NCBI RefSeq assembly: GCF_021028975.2
Contig: NC_059430.1
Span: 3,906,001 to 3,970,000 of the forward strand
Source: Sphaerodactylus townsendi
Lineage: Eukaryota
Direction of reading: 5' to 3'
DNA length: 64,000 bases
Shown here: positions 46,393 through 58,495 of the stretch, piece after piece
Layout: each line of letters begins with the position of its first letter
How positions within the stretch are numbered: position 1 is the first letter of the stretch
Position numbers and translations under genes: made by a program
The notes under the pieces: generated by a model
What the model was told of the DNA's origin: nothing
Database searches by the model: none
Seen by the model: only the letters and a program-made list of their open reading frames with translations

Positions 46393-47382
46393 CCCTGGAC
46401 TAAGATAAGAAATCCTCCATGATAAATGTATTTGGGATACCACCAGGCATCTTGAATGGCAATTAAATCACGTGTGTGAAGCAGGGTTGATGTAATTGTG
46501 CCCCACATGGATATTGGATATGTCACAAGTACATGACTTCTCTTCTGGTTTCTCCCGTCCTTTTTCAACTGAAACTGCCCTGTCCAACGTCTCTGATGAT
46601 CTTCTCAGTCTCAGAGAGACAAGGTCTCTCCTAAGTTCTTCACACCCTGAAATTGTCTGTTGCATTTGAAACATCTGGTCTCTCCCTTGCTTGGTGAGTA
46701 GGGTTTTGTTGACTCTCTCCTCAACTGGTGCTCCTCCTTTGTGTCATTGGTCATTCACTGCTTGAATGGGTGTGTGTGTGGGGGGGTATTCTTTTGTTGT
46801 TGTTTTGTTTTGAGGGGGGTACCCCCAGGTATCTGTCCCTGGCCTTTCAATGATTTGGGGAGACACTCTATTTAGATTAGTTATTCAAATTACATCTGCC
46901 TGGCTATCTAGCCAGCCGGTAAGTCCTGCCTGCAAGAGAACCTGCTTACCTGCCAGCAGAGCAAGACCTGGTGAGCTGCGGCCTGCACCTGGGGCCAGAG
47001 GGAGGGAGGGAGATTCCTTCCCCACTCACCCCATTTGGAACACCTGTGGAGGGTGGGGCCTGGCAGCTATAGGAGACACTGCAGCAGCAGCCTTGGGGAT
47101 GGGCCTTTTTTTGAGGAAACAGATCCTGTGATTCGGGGGGGAGTGGTTCAATGGGGCTGAGGATTCCAGATGGCAGCAGCAACGGAGTAGGGCTAAGATG
47201 CCCGCTCCAAGCAATACTACCTGAACCTGCTTACCATAGNNNNNNNNNNNNNNNNNNNNNNNNNNNNNNNNNNNNNNNNNNNNNNNNNNNNNNNNNNNNN
47301 NNNNNNNNNNNNNNNNNNNNNNNNNNNNNNNNNNNNNNNNNNNNNNNNNNNNNNNNNNNNNNNNNNNNNNNNNNNNNNNNNN

Positions 47383-47655
47383 CCCTTTCTCTCCTGCAGG
47401 AGACTCAAAGGGGCTGACAATCTCCTTGCCCTTCCCCCCCCCACAACAAACACCCTGTGAGGTGGGTGGGGCTGAGAGAGCTCCAAGAATCTGTGACTAG
47501 CCCAAGGTCACCCAGCTGGCATGTGTGGGAGTGCACAGGCTAATCTGAATTCCCCAGATAAGCCTCCACAGTTCAGGCGGCAGAGCTGGGAATCAAACCC
47601 GGTTCCTCCAGATTAGATACATGAGCTCTTAACCTCCTATGCCACTGCTGCTCCT
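47383..47655 (-). mobile_element. Sauria-type SINE
   Basis: Near-identical to 19784-20064 and to the reverse complement of 54461-54731. Confidence 0.88.
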
Positions 47656-48329
47656 AGTAGTAGTAGTTAGCTAGTAGTAGTTAGTTAGCTAGTCTTGTTA
47701 AGATAACTGTAAGTTTGGGTCAGCTTAGTCCTCAAAGAGTTATTTAATATTCCATTAGTAGGTTGTCCTAGGTATTTTCTACTGCAAGAGGGGAGGGGAG
47801 GGATAGACAAGGGGTCAGCAGTAGTTATGGTTACTTCAGTTGATTTGTTAGAGTTTGGCTCATTAGGTAGTGGACATGCGGGGGGCAGGGCAGGGCCTCA
47901 CAGTGGAGCTCTGTCATATGTGGGGTACCACAGTGAGCTCTCTCATCCCCACTGTTATTTAACATTTGTATCCATCCCCTCGCTCAGCTGGTGTGGAGCT
48001 TTGGACTGAGTTGTCACCACTATGCTGATGACACTCAGCTCATTCCGTTGATGGAGGTCCAGTCAGCCGCCCCCCCTGCCGCTCTCCAGCACTGTTTGGA
48101 GGCAGTAGCTGGTTGTTGAGGCCGAGTAGATTGAGACTAAATCCAGCAAAGACAGAGGTCCTGTGGGTAGGTCAGGGGGGGAACTGGTGGGGTTCTATCT
48201 GGAGTCGTCCTCATTGATGTAGGCCCAAGTGGCCCAGACAGTGAGGGTGGTATTTTTCCACCTTCACCAGGCTTGGCGACTGGCTCCGTCTCTCTCCCCC
48301 AACAACCTGTCCACAGTGATCCATGCAAC

Positions 48330-48987
48330 AGTCACCTCTAGGCCGGACTATTGTAACTCTCTCTACGCTGGTCTTCCCTTGCCCTGATTCGGAGTCTAAA
48401 ACTGGTTCAGCATGCGGCGGCACAGCTCCTGTCCGGCTTTCTGCCACAGTCTGGTGCTCCGCAAGTTACTCTGGCTTCCAGTGGAGTTCTGAATCAGGTT
48501 TAAGGTGTTGGTTTTAACCTTTAAGGCTATAAGTGGGCTGACACCCTCTTATCTTAGAAACCGGCTCTCCCCCTATTGCCCCACATGTGTCCTCCGATCA
48601 GCAGAGGCAAATCTACTGGTGACTCCTGGCCCCGCTGTGGTGCAACTGACCTCAAGTAGGACCAGGGCTTTTACAGCTCTGGCCCCAGCCTGGTGGAATG
48701 CTCTAACCACTTCCATCAGGGCCCTGCAGGACCTGAAAGAGTTCCGCAGAACCTCTAACACAGAGCTGTTCCGTCAGGCATTTGGTTGAGGCCGTCACAT
48801 CAATTGGCCTCCTGCATAGCATCAGCCAGTCTCTCCTCAGGGAAGGGGAGCAGGATTGTAAGGAAGACTATAGGGCTTCAGTGGACTGTATTTTATTTTA
48901 ATGTTTTTAGTGTAATGTATTTTAATGTATTTTATCTTTATTGAATGTAAGCCACTCTGAGCCCTATGAAGGAGAGCAGCATATATG

Positions 48988-49032
<45 letters not shown>

Positions 49033-49045
49033 AATAATAATAATA
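48330..49045 (+). mobile_element. L2-type LINE 3' fragment with (GAT)n/(AAT)n tail
   Basis: Encodes VLTFKA...APAWWNAL..FRR...ELFRQAF. Confidence 0.7.
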
Positions 49046-49214
49046 TTTCATTCCATTCTTCTTCTACGGAGCTCAGATGGCCTTCTGTGATTCCACCTGC
49101 CTTCATTTGCTCCTTGCAATATACCTCTGAGGTTAAAATGGATAAAATGAAGGAGTGCAGAAGCATATAAGAAACTCTGAGATTCTTGGAAGATGACTAG
49201 TCCAAGGTCACCCA

Positions 49215-49861
49215 TAGACTTGGAGATTCAGGTACAACAAATATCAGATTCAGCCCAAATCTGGGTGAATTCGGGCATATTCAGGCCAAAATCGGTCGAA
49301 TATGTCCTTCCCGAATATGAACGAATCTGAATGCAAGGTACTCGGGCTTTTTGGGGGGAATTTTTGGTGTTTTGCGTTTTGGCCTGCCGGGGGCGCATTT
49401 GTAAAGCTAGCGGCACCATAATTTCAGGGTATCATCCGGAGACTGTACTGATGATATCACCTGAGTTTGGTGAATTTTAGTTCAGGGGGTTCAAAGTTAT
49501 GGATCCCCAAAGGAAGTGCCCCATCCCCCATTGTTTCCAATGGGAGCTAAAAGGAGATGGGGGCTACCCCTTTGAGGGTACATAACTTTGGCCCCCCTGA
49601 ACCAAACCTCACCAAACTCAGGTTATATCATCAGGACAGTCTCTGAATGATACCCTGAAATTTGGGTGCCACTAATTTTAAAAATGCGCCCCCTGCAGAC
49701 CAAAACGCAAAAAAACAAAAAATCCAAAACAATCAGATGAACCTGAATATTCGGGTATATCCAAATATGTTGTTTGTCTTATTTGGGCATACAGATAATT
49801 TTATGCCTGAATAAATCCAAATCTGAATTTTACCAAATTTCTAGGGTATTGACCAAGCCTA
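49215..49861. mobile_element. hAT-type non-autonomous element (partial second copy about 50980-51172)
   Basis: TIR TAG(A/G)CTTGG; 8-bp TSD GTCACCCA. Confidence 0.8.
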
Positions 49862-49991
49862 GTCACCCACAAGACTTCATGCCTGAATGTCAGGGTGCAA
49901 GTATCTCACATCCTGCATTTCACTGGCTCTTCCACTGGGCTCTCCGCTGCCCTTACAACCAGTGGCATAGCGCCAACGGGGCAAGGGGACC

Positions 49992-50263
49992 AACATAAGA
50001 ACATAAGAACAAGACAGCTGGATCAGACCAGAGTCCATCTAGTCCAGCACTCTGCTACTCGCAGTGGCCCACCAGGTGCCTTTGGGAGCTCACGTGCAGG
50101 AGGTGAAAGCAATGGCCTGCTGCTGCTGCTGCTGCTGCTGCTCCTGAGCACCTGGTTTGCTATTTGCAATCTGAGATCAAGGAGGATCAAGATTGGTAGC
50201 CATAAATCGACTTCTCCTCCATAATTCTGTCCAAGCCCTTTTTAAAGCTAATCAGGTTAGTGG
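49992..50263 (-). mobile_element. Young CR1 3' fragment
   Basis: EEKSIYGYQS end, 3' UTR and (CATAAGAA)n. Confidence 0.9.
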
Positions 50264-50704
50264 CACTGGGCAGAGCAGTGGCAGACACATGGCTGGGCCG
50301 TGGAGGGGGCGTTCCGGGGTGGGGGGGCAGGTGGTACTGCAGCAGGGGTGCATGGTGCATGCATGCCCTGAGCACAGTTTTGCCTCATTCCGCCCCTGTT
50401 TACAACCAAGGGTACCCACCAGGAAACCGGAACTTCCTCCCTAACTCCAGACCTAGCTTTCCAATTGCCTGTTTGGAATTTCCATTCAGATGGCTCATTG
50501 CCTCCTCAGACTTTACACATAGACCCCAGACTGTTTGTCTCTACTTTGTATATGACCAGTGTCACCATAAAACAGCATAAATCACTAGCCTTATGTAAGT
50601 CTTACAGGGATTTATTTTCCCTATACTGAGTTGCAGTCTTCTTCCGTCTTGGAACAGTATAACTCAGCTTAGGGTTAGTCTGTAAGACTTTTCTGTCTAT
50701 CCTT

Positions 50705-50920
50705 TAGGTACAGGAAATGAGATTCCACCTAAACATGAGGAAGAACTTACTGGTGGTTAGGGCTGTTCGACAGTGGAATCTGCTACCACTGAGGGTGGTG
50801 GAGTCTCCTCCTTCGGAGGTTTCAAACAGAGGCTGGGTGGCCACCTGTCAAGGGTGCTTTTGATTGTATCTTCCTGCATGGATGACCCTTGGGGTCTCTT
50901 CCAATTCTATGATTCTATGC
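50705..50920 (+). mobile_element. Older CR1-family 3' fragment
   Basis: Similar to 23060-23280; ends in ATTCTATGATTCTATG. Confidence 0.75.
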
Positions 50921-52706
50921 ACAAGTATGCTCAAAATGGCATCCATTGAGAAAAGAAGTCTGTTTTTTAAAATTTCCTTTAATCGGCCGAATATGTTCTG
51001 CCTGAATATGAACGAATCCGAATGCAAGGTATTCGGGCTTTTGGGGGATATTTTTGGTGTTTTGCATTTCGGCCTGCAGGGGGCGCATTTTTAAAGCTAG
51101 CGGCACCATGATTTCAGGGTATCATCCGGAGACTGTTCTGATATCACCTGAGTTTGGTGAATTTTGGTTCAAGGCAATGAATTGAAACGGAGAAGATAAC
51201 AGTGATTCTGTCTGCTAGAGACCATCAAGCCAGACCAATTTGTGCTACAAGGGTCATATAAGCAATGCTCATCTTCCAGGAGTAGGGACAGAAAAACGCT
51301 CTTTTATGTATATCACACATTGTTAACCAATGTGAATGTTTTGTATTATAATCTCAAGAACACTGTACATTGTTTACCAACAGGAAGGTTTTGACCAGGA
51401 CATTATGTAATTAAAATGCAGGTCCTTTATGAGGAAGTGTTTCCCAGTCGATTTGCCAGCCTCGACACGGTTTTGTTATTTCGTATTATTTTGGGTGTAA
51501 CGTGTTGCCCTCCAATTTGGTGTCTTATTGAAGAGTCCTTGAACCTAATCAGTAGGTGGGGCATTCTGCTTACCTTACTTTGGAAAGCACAAGGGCATCA
51601 TAAGCAAATAATAACTGTGTATTACTATTGTTTTATTGAGGGACTATCTTGATGGCGTAAATTCAAGCTACCAAAGTGGCAAAGACCTTAACTGTTGTCC
51701 TTTGTTCATGGTGTATTTCATTATCCTAGGGGAAAAAATTATCTCCAGTAACCAATCTGTTCTTCTGAAAAAAACCCCCTGAAATCTGAACAAACGTGTA
51801 CCTCTGGCTGCTGCCAGCCAAGGGACTCTAGAAGCCACCTTTTTACCTGCATGCAGGTTAAGAAGGGTTTGCCCAGCACCTGGAAATACGCTGCCCCCAA
51901 AAGCTGCTCACCTTTGCACGTGGAATGGCAGGTCAAGGCTGGGTCCCTCCTTCTCTTCCTCAAGTCCTTCCATTAATGTCAATCCTATCTGCGAGATGAG
52001 AACTGCTCTTCAGGCTGTCTGGGCATGGTAGCCTCACACATGGAACCTACGCCAGATCTTGGAAGCCTCTCTCTGTCTCCCACAAGAAGTCTCCGATGCC
52101 CTGGAGCAGCCAGAGGTATACAAAGGTGATGCCGCCCAGGGGGCCTAATCCTATTCTTGTGGGCCTTGGGGATGCTCTTGGATTGGAAGCCCTCAGGGAG
52201 TGAGGAGCACTGGCTGGAAGCTCAGAGAACTGGGACAGATTGTCTCTCATGACGTCAGGGGAGTTAAGTATAATTTATACCCAAAGGATGTTCAGAGCAT
52301 GTCAACATGATGGGGGCTGGCATGGTGGATGAGTCCTGAGCTTTCTTCTTAGGGATACCAACCTCTAAGGGTCCCCTGGAATTATGGCTCAGCTCCAGAA
52401 TTCAGAGACCAGCTCCCCCAGAGAAAATGGGTGCTTGGAGAGGTGGACTCTACGGCATGGTGTCCCACTGAAGTCCCTGCTTTCTCCATGCTCCATCTCA
52501 ACATTTCTAGGAGGTTCTCAATGTGGCAACCCACCCCACCCCACCCCCACCAGTTGCCAGAAAGCCTGGACAGTCCTGTGTCTCTCCCAGGCTCCTGCTT
52601 GCCCAGAATTCCTGTTTTGTGCCATTGGGTGGGTGGGTCCTAACAAAAGGGAGTGGGTTGCGTTCTCAGCTTCTGAATTCCTGTTGCCATCTCAGATGCT
52701 CAAAAG

Positions 52707-53388
52707 CACAGGTGTCAAACTCGCGGCCCTCCAGATGTTATGGACTACAGTTCCCATCATCCCCTGCCAGCATCATGCTGGTGTAACCTCAGCTTGTGGG
52801 TTCTGTGGGGCAGAACCTGGAATGAGTTTGCAACAACAATTTTTTTAAAAACAAAAACAAAATGGTTTACTTTCTTAACACATAACATATAACATCAACA
52901 TTTAACATCACACTTCAAGGTCCTGTTCAGGTTGCATTTTCAAGTCCTTCTAGTTACAGTCTACTGATACTGCCCAGTCCAATTCTTCTCTGCAAGTGGG
53001 TTGGCTCCTGAAGACTCCAAGGGCTTGATGAACAGGATTCAACATGATGAAGGTTTCCAGGAGAACTCTCACCCATTACAACCACAAAAAGAAACCCTGA
53101 AACAATAAACGCCAACATTTACAACATAGCAAAAATAAACAACTACTTTCCCAGTAGTTCCCAACAATATTGCAGTTTACCTTAACAAGGTGTTAAGGGC
53201 TTATAGAAATCAAGGTCCGAGTCTGGTAGCCTTGTCTCCTCCAACTACATGAGGTCTGCTGCCTCGTGCTGCTCTGAGTCTCCACCCCTTACTGGGTCAA
53301 CCCATTCTGAGCATGGGGGTTACACTGGCATGGGATGATGGGAACTGTAGTCCATAACATCTGGAGGGCCACGAGTTTGACACCTATG
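52707..53388. mobile_element. hAT-type palindromic MITE split by a solo LTR
   Basis: TIR CA(C/T)AGGTGTCAAACTCG; 8-bp TSD CTCAAAAG; empty site near 34531. Confidence 0.88.
52782..53324. mobile_element. Solo LTR (543 bp)
   Basis: TGTAAC...GTTACA termini; 4-bp TSD CTGG. Confidence 0.88.
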
Positions 53389-53592
53389 CTCAAAAGCATC
53401 CAGACCTGCAAACAGAGCCCCTCATGAGGAGGGCTACAGAGGACGCACCATTCTTTCTAGTCCACCTTGCATGGGTCCAACATGGCAGCCACATGAGAAG
53501 ATGGGCACCTTTCCTCTTGTGTCGCTCCTGCCCCTGTCGAGTAACACCAGAGAATGTGTGGCATTTCAACGAACAGGACAGCTTTTCCTCCT

Positions 53593-53990
53593 TTTATTTA
53601 TTTATTTTATTTATTTATTTCTTCAATTTTTATACCGCTCGATCCCCGAGGGGCTCCGGGCGGTGAACAACATCATTTAAACATAAACAGGAGCGGTCAT
53701 ACAGAATATAAATACATAAGCTCCATCCCATACTCATCAATAAAATAACTTAAAACTCATAAAAACAGCGAATAACAGTAATACATAAATAGACAAGAGG
53801 CGTCCAACCCCAATTAAAAACCTATCCCCCCCCCCCAGAAGGGGGATGGCGGGGTCCCTCAATATGAGGGGACCCTGATGTAATCGCACTAAGGCAAGGA
53901 GCAGTGAGGGGGCACCGTATCAGCGGCTGGATGCTCCGAAGGCCCGGTGGAACAACACGGTCTTACAGGCCCTGCGGAACTCACCCAGGT
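53593..53990 (-). mobile_element. L2-type LINE 3' fragment
   Basis: (TTTA)n tail; homologous to 18747-19110; absent in the paralog near 34700. Confidence 0.75.
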
Positions 53991-54460
53991 TCCTTCACTC
54001 CCCTTTCCACAGGGTGGTTTGTGTTGGAAGGAATGAGCATGGAAACATCTGTCTTTTAGCTCTGTCGCCCCTTCTGAAATGTATTAAGACAGAGAGGCCT
54101 GGACGACTGTGCCCTTTTTACTTTGATCTGCTCTGCTGCTACCAGGACGGAGATGCACCATGGAAGAGCACCCTTGGGGTTTGGTTGGTTAGCCAGGTGC
54201 AAATCCTGTAGCCTTGGCGAGCCCACATTTTACCAGCTTTTTGGGCAAGAATTTCATGGGGGACCTTGTCCAGAATCTTTCTGGTCTCCAGGAATCCTTT
54301 TTTCCCCTGATCACTTTCATGTACATGTCTGCGATCCGAACCTTAAAGGTGCAATGTGGAACGTACAACTGGGCGTTGGGCACATGTGTGCCAGATCTTC
54401 TGGTTGCTTTGTGTGGGATGGTGATGGTGCCCACACACCTTCATGTACCTCCTGGTACAT

Positions 54461-54731
54461 GGAGCAGCAGTGGCGTAGGAGGTTAAGAGCTCGTGTATCT
54501 AATCTGGAGGAGCTGGGTTTGATTCCCAGCTCTGCCACCTGAGCTGTGGAGGCTTATCTGGGGAATTCAGATTAGCCTGGGCACTCCCACACACGCCAGC
54601 TGGGTGACCTTGGGCTAGTCCCAGCTTATCGGAGCTCTCTCAGCCCCACCCACCTCACAGGGTGTTTGTTGTGAGGGGGAAAGGGCAAGGAGATTGTAAG
54701 CCCCTTTTAGTCTTCTACAGGAGAGAAAGGG
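54461..54731 (+). mobile_element. Sauria-type SINE
   Basis: A-box TGGCGTAGGAGG, B-box-like GGTTTGATTCCC; matches the other copies. Confidence 0.88.
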
Positions 54732-55598
54732 NNNNNNNNNNNNNNNNNNNNNNNNNNNNNNNNNNNNNNNNNNNNNNNNNNNNNNNNNNNNNNNNNNNNN
54801 NNNNNNNNNNNNNNNNNNNNNNNNNNNNNNNNNNNNNNNNNNNNNNNNNNNNNNNNNNNNNNNNNNNNNNNNNNNNNNNNNNNNNNNNNNNNNNNNNNNN
54901 NNNNNNNNNNNNNNNNNNNNNNNNNNNNNNNNNNNNNNNNNNNNNNNNNNNNNNNNNNNNNNNNNNNNNNNCATGGCTAGAATGTACCTGTGTTTTTAAA
55001 GATATTTTTATTGGAGATTTAAAAATGAATTCAAGATATTTGGCTACGTGCCCCTGTTCCAGTATTATTCCGAGAGAGAGGGGTGAGCAAGATTTATTTG
55101 CTTGCCCCAACAAGATATGATATTTCCCCTCTACTTCTGTTTTTTTCTTGGCTCTGTTCTCATGTTTTACATTAATGCTTTGAATGCAGTGAGAGCCGAT
55201 CCTCCCCCCTGATGCTGCAATTCACCTCTGTTTACCCAGGATTTAAAGCTATAAAGTTATAAAAACATCACAGCTATAAAGCTATAAAAACATCACAGTC
55301 ATCATATAAAATGTGCAAACGAGTGCACTAAGGAGGGTCATTAAGTAATCACTTCTTTGTTTACTCACTGCGCTCTGTATTTTATGCTGTTTGCTTTTGC
55401 CACGTTTGTTTTGGGTCCTCTCTGCTATTGCTGCTGCTGTTGCTTTCTTTCCGTTCTGTACTCGGTTGTAATTCAAGTCTATTTCTAACCTTGTGTCTTC
55501 CTGTGTCGATGTCTTACTTACTTGGGAAGTGTTCTCGCTTCTGTTTAGGCTATATTGGAGAAAGCTTTGCTGCTTCCTCCCTTTTCCTTTGAAATATA

Positions 55599-56055
55599 GG
55601 CCACTTCCGCACGGCCACGTTGGGGGTTGGGTCAGCGTACATGACGCCGACCCAACCCCCTGGGACTGTTCGCACGAACGACAGGGAAGACGGTGCCGCG
55701 GAGCGCCGTCCCCCGATCAGCGTATCTTCCCTGCAACCATCTGGCGCGTTGCCAAGGCCAGGGGACACGCCCCCTGCCCTGCGCGACCACTCCGGAGTCG
55801 CAGGGCAGGGGGACATGTCCTCAGGCCTCGGCGATGCGCCGGACAGTCGCAGGGAAGGTAAGTCGATTGGGAAAGAGGGGGAGGGATTGCGCCTTCCTCA
55901 GAGAGCGAGGTGGGGAAATGGCGGCTTTGCGCCGCTGGGGAGGAGCGAGGGCAGCATGGCTGCAAAGCAGCTGCGCCCCCCAATGCGAACAGCTGCCTAG
56001 GGACAGCATTTTTGCCGTCCCTAGGGCGCTGTATACAGCCCGTGTGGAAAGGGCC
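55599..56055. mobile_element. Harbinger-type element
   Basis: TIRs GGCC(A/C)(C/T)TTCC(G/A)CACGG; 3-bp TSD ATA. Confidence 0.78.
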
Positions 56056-57668
56056 ATAGTGTTGAGCTGTAGGGCTAAAGAAGCGGCCGTGACATGGCAA
56101 GGAGGCCTTCAGCTACTTCCCTCAAGCAGCAAAGAAGTGGCCGTGACTTACCACGGCCGCCATTGCTGATGGGGAAGGGACAGCCTCTTTGGTGGCTGCC
56201 GCCTTCCCTGGTGGCCTTGCAAGCTTCCAAGTGCTCGCAAGGTTTTTCCGGGCTCTAGGGCACCTAGCAGTGATGCTGGGTGCCCTGATGTTGGTGGGGA
56301 GGTGGGCCTAGGCAGCCTTTATAAGGCTGGGCCTGGCGTACAACCTCCCCATTTGCCGGAGGTCAATCGTTGCCCACCCACCTCTCCCTGTTTGGCCTTA
56401 TGTTAATGCATGCCTGTTTTGTTGGAGGGCTGGCGGTTTGTGCATCAGGGACTGATCTTTAGCTTGGTGTCAGCGGGAAAAATACCCGCTTTATTGGAAC
56501 CTCCTTATGAAATTTGGGGTGGAGCAAGCCAAGGGGTAACCTGCCCAGACGTGGGCTTCTATGGCTTGCGCCCCTGGCAGCTAAGTCTTCAGGAAGTGGC
56601 AACCGCCCATCTGGAATCTCACAGCTGCTCCAGCGTGTGATAATTTTTCATCGGCAGGCGTGCTGAGAAAAATTTAGGTGTCTGGGGGGCAGCACTCGTG
56701 CTGCCCAGCACACAGATCAGACCCTCATGCTGCGCCTTACGCTTTGTTTACCTTGAACCAATTTTTGTTAATAAAATGGCTATGGCCAACTTTTCCCCAC
56801 ACAAGTGTGTTGTACTTTCATTTATTCCAGGAATGGCAAGGAGGCCTTTAGTTACTTCCCTCAAGCAGCAAATGGTGCGTTCTAATGGCGGACGCCCCTC
56901 TCTCCTTTACCGCACAGGCACTACTGTTTTCAGCTTGCTCAGCGTCTTCTTTACCAGTAGCTCCCAGTTTTGTTTGAAAAGCTTCTCCGCACTTTCATAT
57001 GTGAGGATGGGGTCTTCCAGAGCTTCTGGGACCCTTATTGCTAGTCAAAGGAGAGATAAAAGTTGTGAGCGGCTGGTGAAGCTGCTGCTACCCCGTTCAG
57101 CGTGGCACCAGAAGTCGAATGTGCCTGTGTTTTGAAGCAGTGCCTTGCAGCTTTGTCTGGAGGGAGGATGGGCTGGCAATGATCTCACCTGATTCAGTGT
57201 TCCTGCATCATGTGTCACACTGACTTTGCTTCTGTTGGGCTGTGCCGTTTGTGGGTTGGCATGTAGCAGTTGTGTTGAATTGGGATACAGTTGTGTAAGT
57301 ATTGGTAATTGAGATAGGAGGCATGGGTAGAGCGATCATGCCTCTTTACTTTTTCCCTGGAGGACAGTCACCGAAAGCTACACTACAAATTTGGCAACTT
57401 TACACACACACACACACACACCGAAATTCCCCATAGACTATGACTGAGCCGCATATTTTTGGGCTTTGGGAAAGCCAAGAATACTTGGCTTAACAACATT
57501 GGTATTATAGTCAGGCAAACATTATAGTCAGGCAAACATTTGTTTTCTGACCTAGGACACTGGATGCATCCATCCCTCATGAGAGCATACCTGCTCTTCC
57601 AAATTCATGGAGGATGAGGCAATCAATGAACCAAGGTGGCTATCTGTTTCTGTCAGTTGCTGCAGTGG

Positions 57669-57721
57669 CTGCAGCGTTTGGGACTCTTTAGTTTGGAGAA
57701 GAGACGTCTGAGGGGGGATAT
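57669..57721 (+). mobile_element. Young CR1 ORF2 fragment forming the ERV integration site
   Basis: Encodes LQRLGLFSLEKRRLRGD, nearly identical to CR1 copy 2. Confidence 0.85.
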
Positions 57722-58495
57722 TGTTAGCCCAAGGCCAGATTAGAATTTTCTTAATAATAATAGAACTGCCTCACTATCTAGAATCGCCGTTTCAGCCACC
57801 TAGGCCAAGGGGCAAGGGACTCTTCTTTCCCCAAGCCAGAGGAAAGAAAGAGAGGCAAGAGTTCCCAATCAAAGCAAGAATCCTTGCATAGAATAAAAAC
57901 AAAGTTTATTTCTAAGCCAGCACAGGTCTCACCAGAGTTGAGAGCTGCCCCGAATAGCCGAAAGGTTCAGGGTTTTAAAGGGTCTTCTTAGGGTACATCA
58001 AAGCAGAGTCATATACATTGCAAAAGATTTAGGGTTGCAACAAATTATCCCACGTCAAACATTTGGTATAAGTTCCCAAGCATCTATGATGTTTCTAAAC
58101 AAAGTGAATGTAGGGCTAGTTATCTATTGCATCCTGACTGCTCCAACTATCACCTTGTTTATGGTACTTCTTGTAACAACAGTAAGGTCATCTAGTTCCT
58201 GAGAGGCCAGGGAGGCAAAGACGGGGTGTTTAGACATTCGGGTTGTTTATGGCTATCTCTGCATATTGGAAAGTGTTATCTTCCCGATATCTGGCTGTAA
58301 ATTAGCCTGGTAGACTGAGGGGCTCCTCTGTCTATGGTGATGTGGTAGGTCAGGCAATTTGCTAAGGAATGTGTTTTGTTAACCTAAGAGCAGAGAGAGA
58401 GAGATCTATCTAAGTAATACTACTATATTCATATCCCTATATTGTATTGATATATTTCTTAAAGCATAATTTCCTGCTCTTCAGCGTTGCTCACA
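57722..58495 (-). repeat. ERV 3' LTR (774 bp)
   Basis: Follows PPT AAAAAGGGGGGA (about 58499-58510); termini TGTGAGC...GCTAACA; AATAAA at 57905-57910; TATA-like TTTAAAA near 57975. Confidence 0.85.

Larger units (their letters stand above)
34910..54047. repeat. Segmental duplication unit B (OR3 and OR4)
   Basis: Collinear with unit A; homology ends at GGAAGGAATGAGCA(T/G)GGAAAC (54047 vs 34757). Confidence 0.9.

Noticed and set aside
54461-54535. tRNA-like A/B boxes
   Set aside because: SINE head continuous with the SINE body; not a tRNA gene
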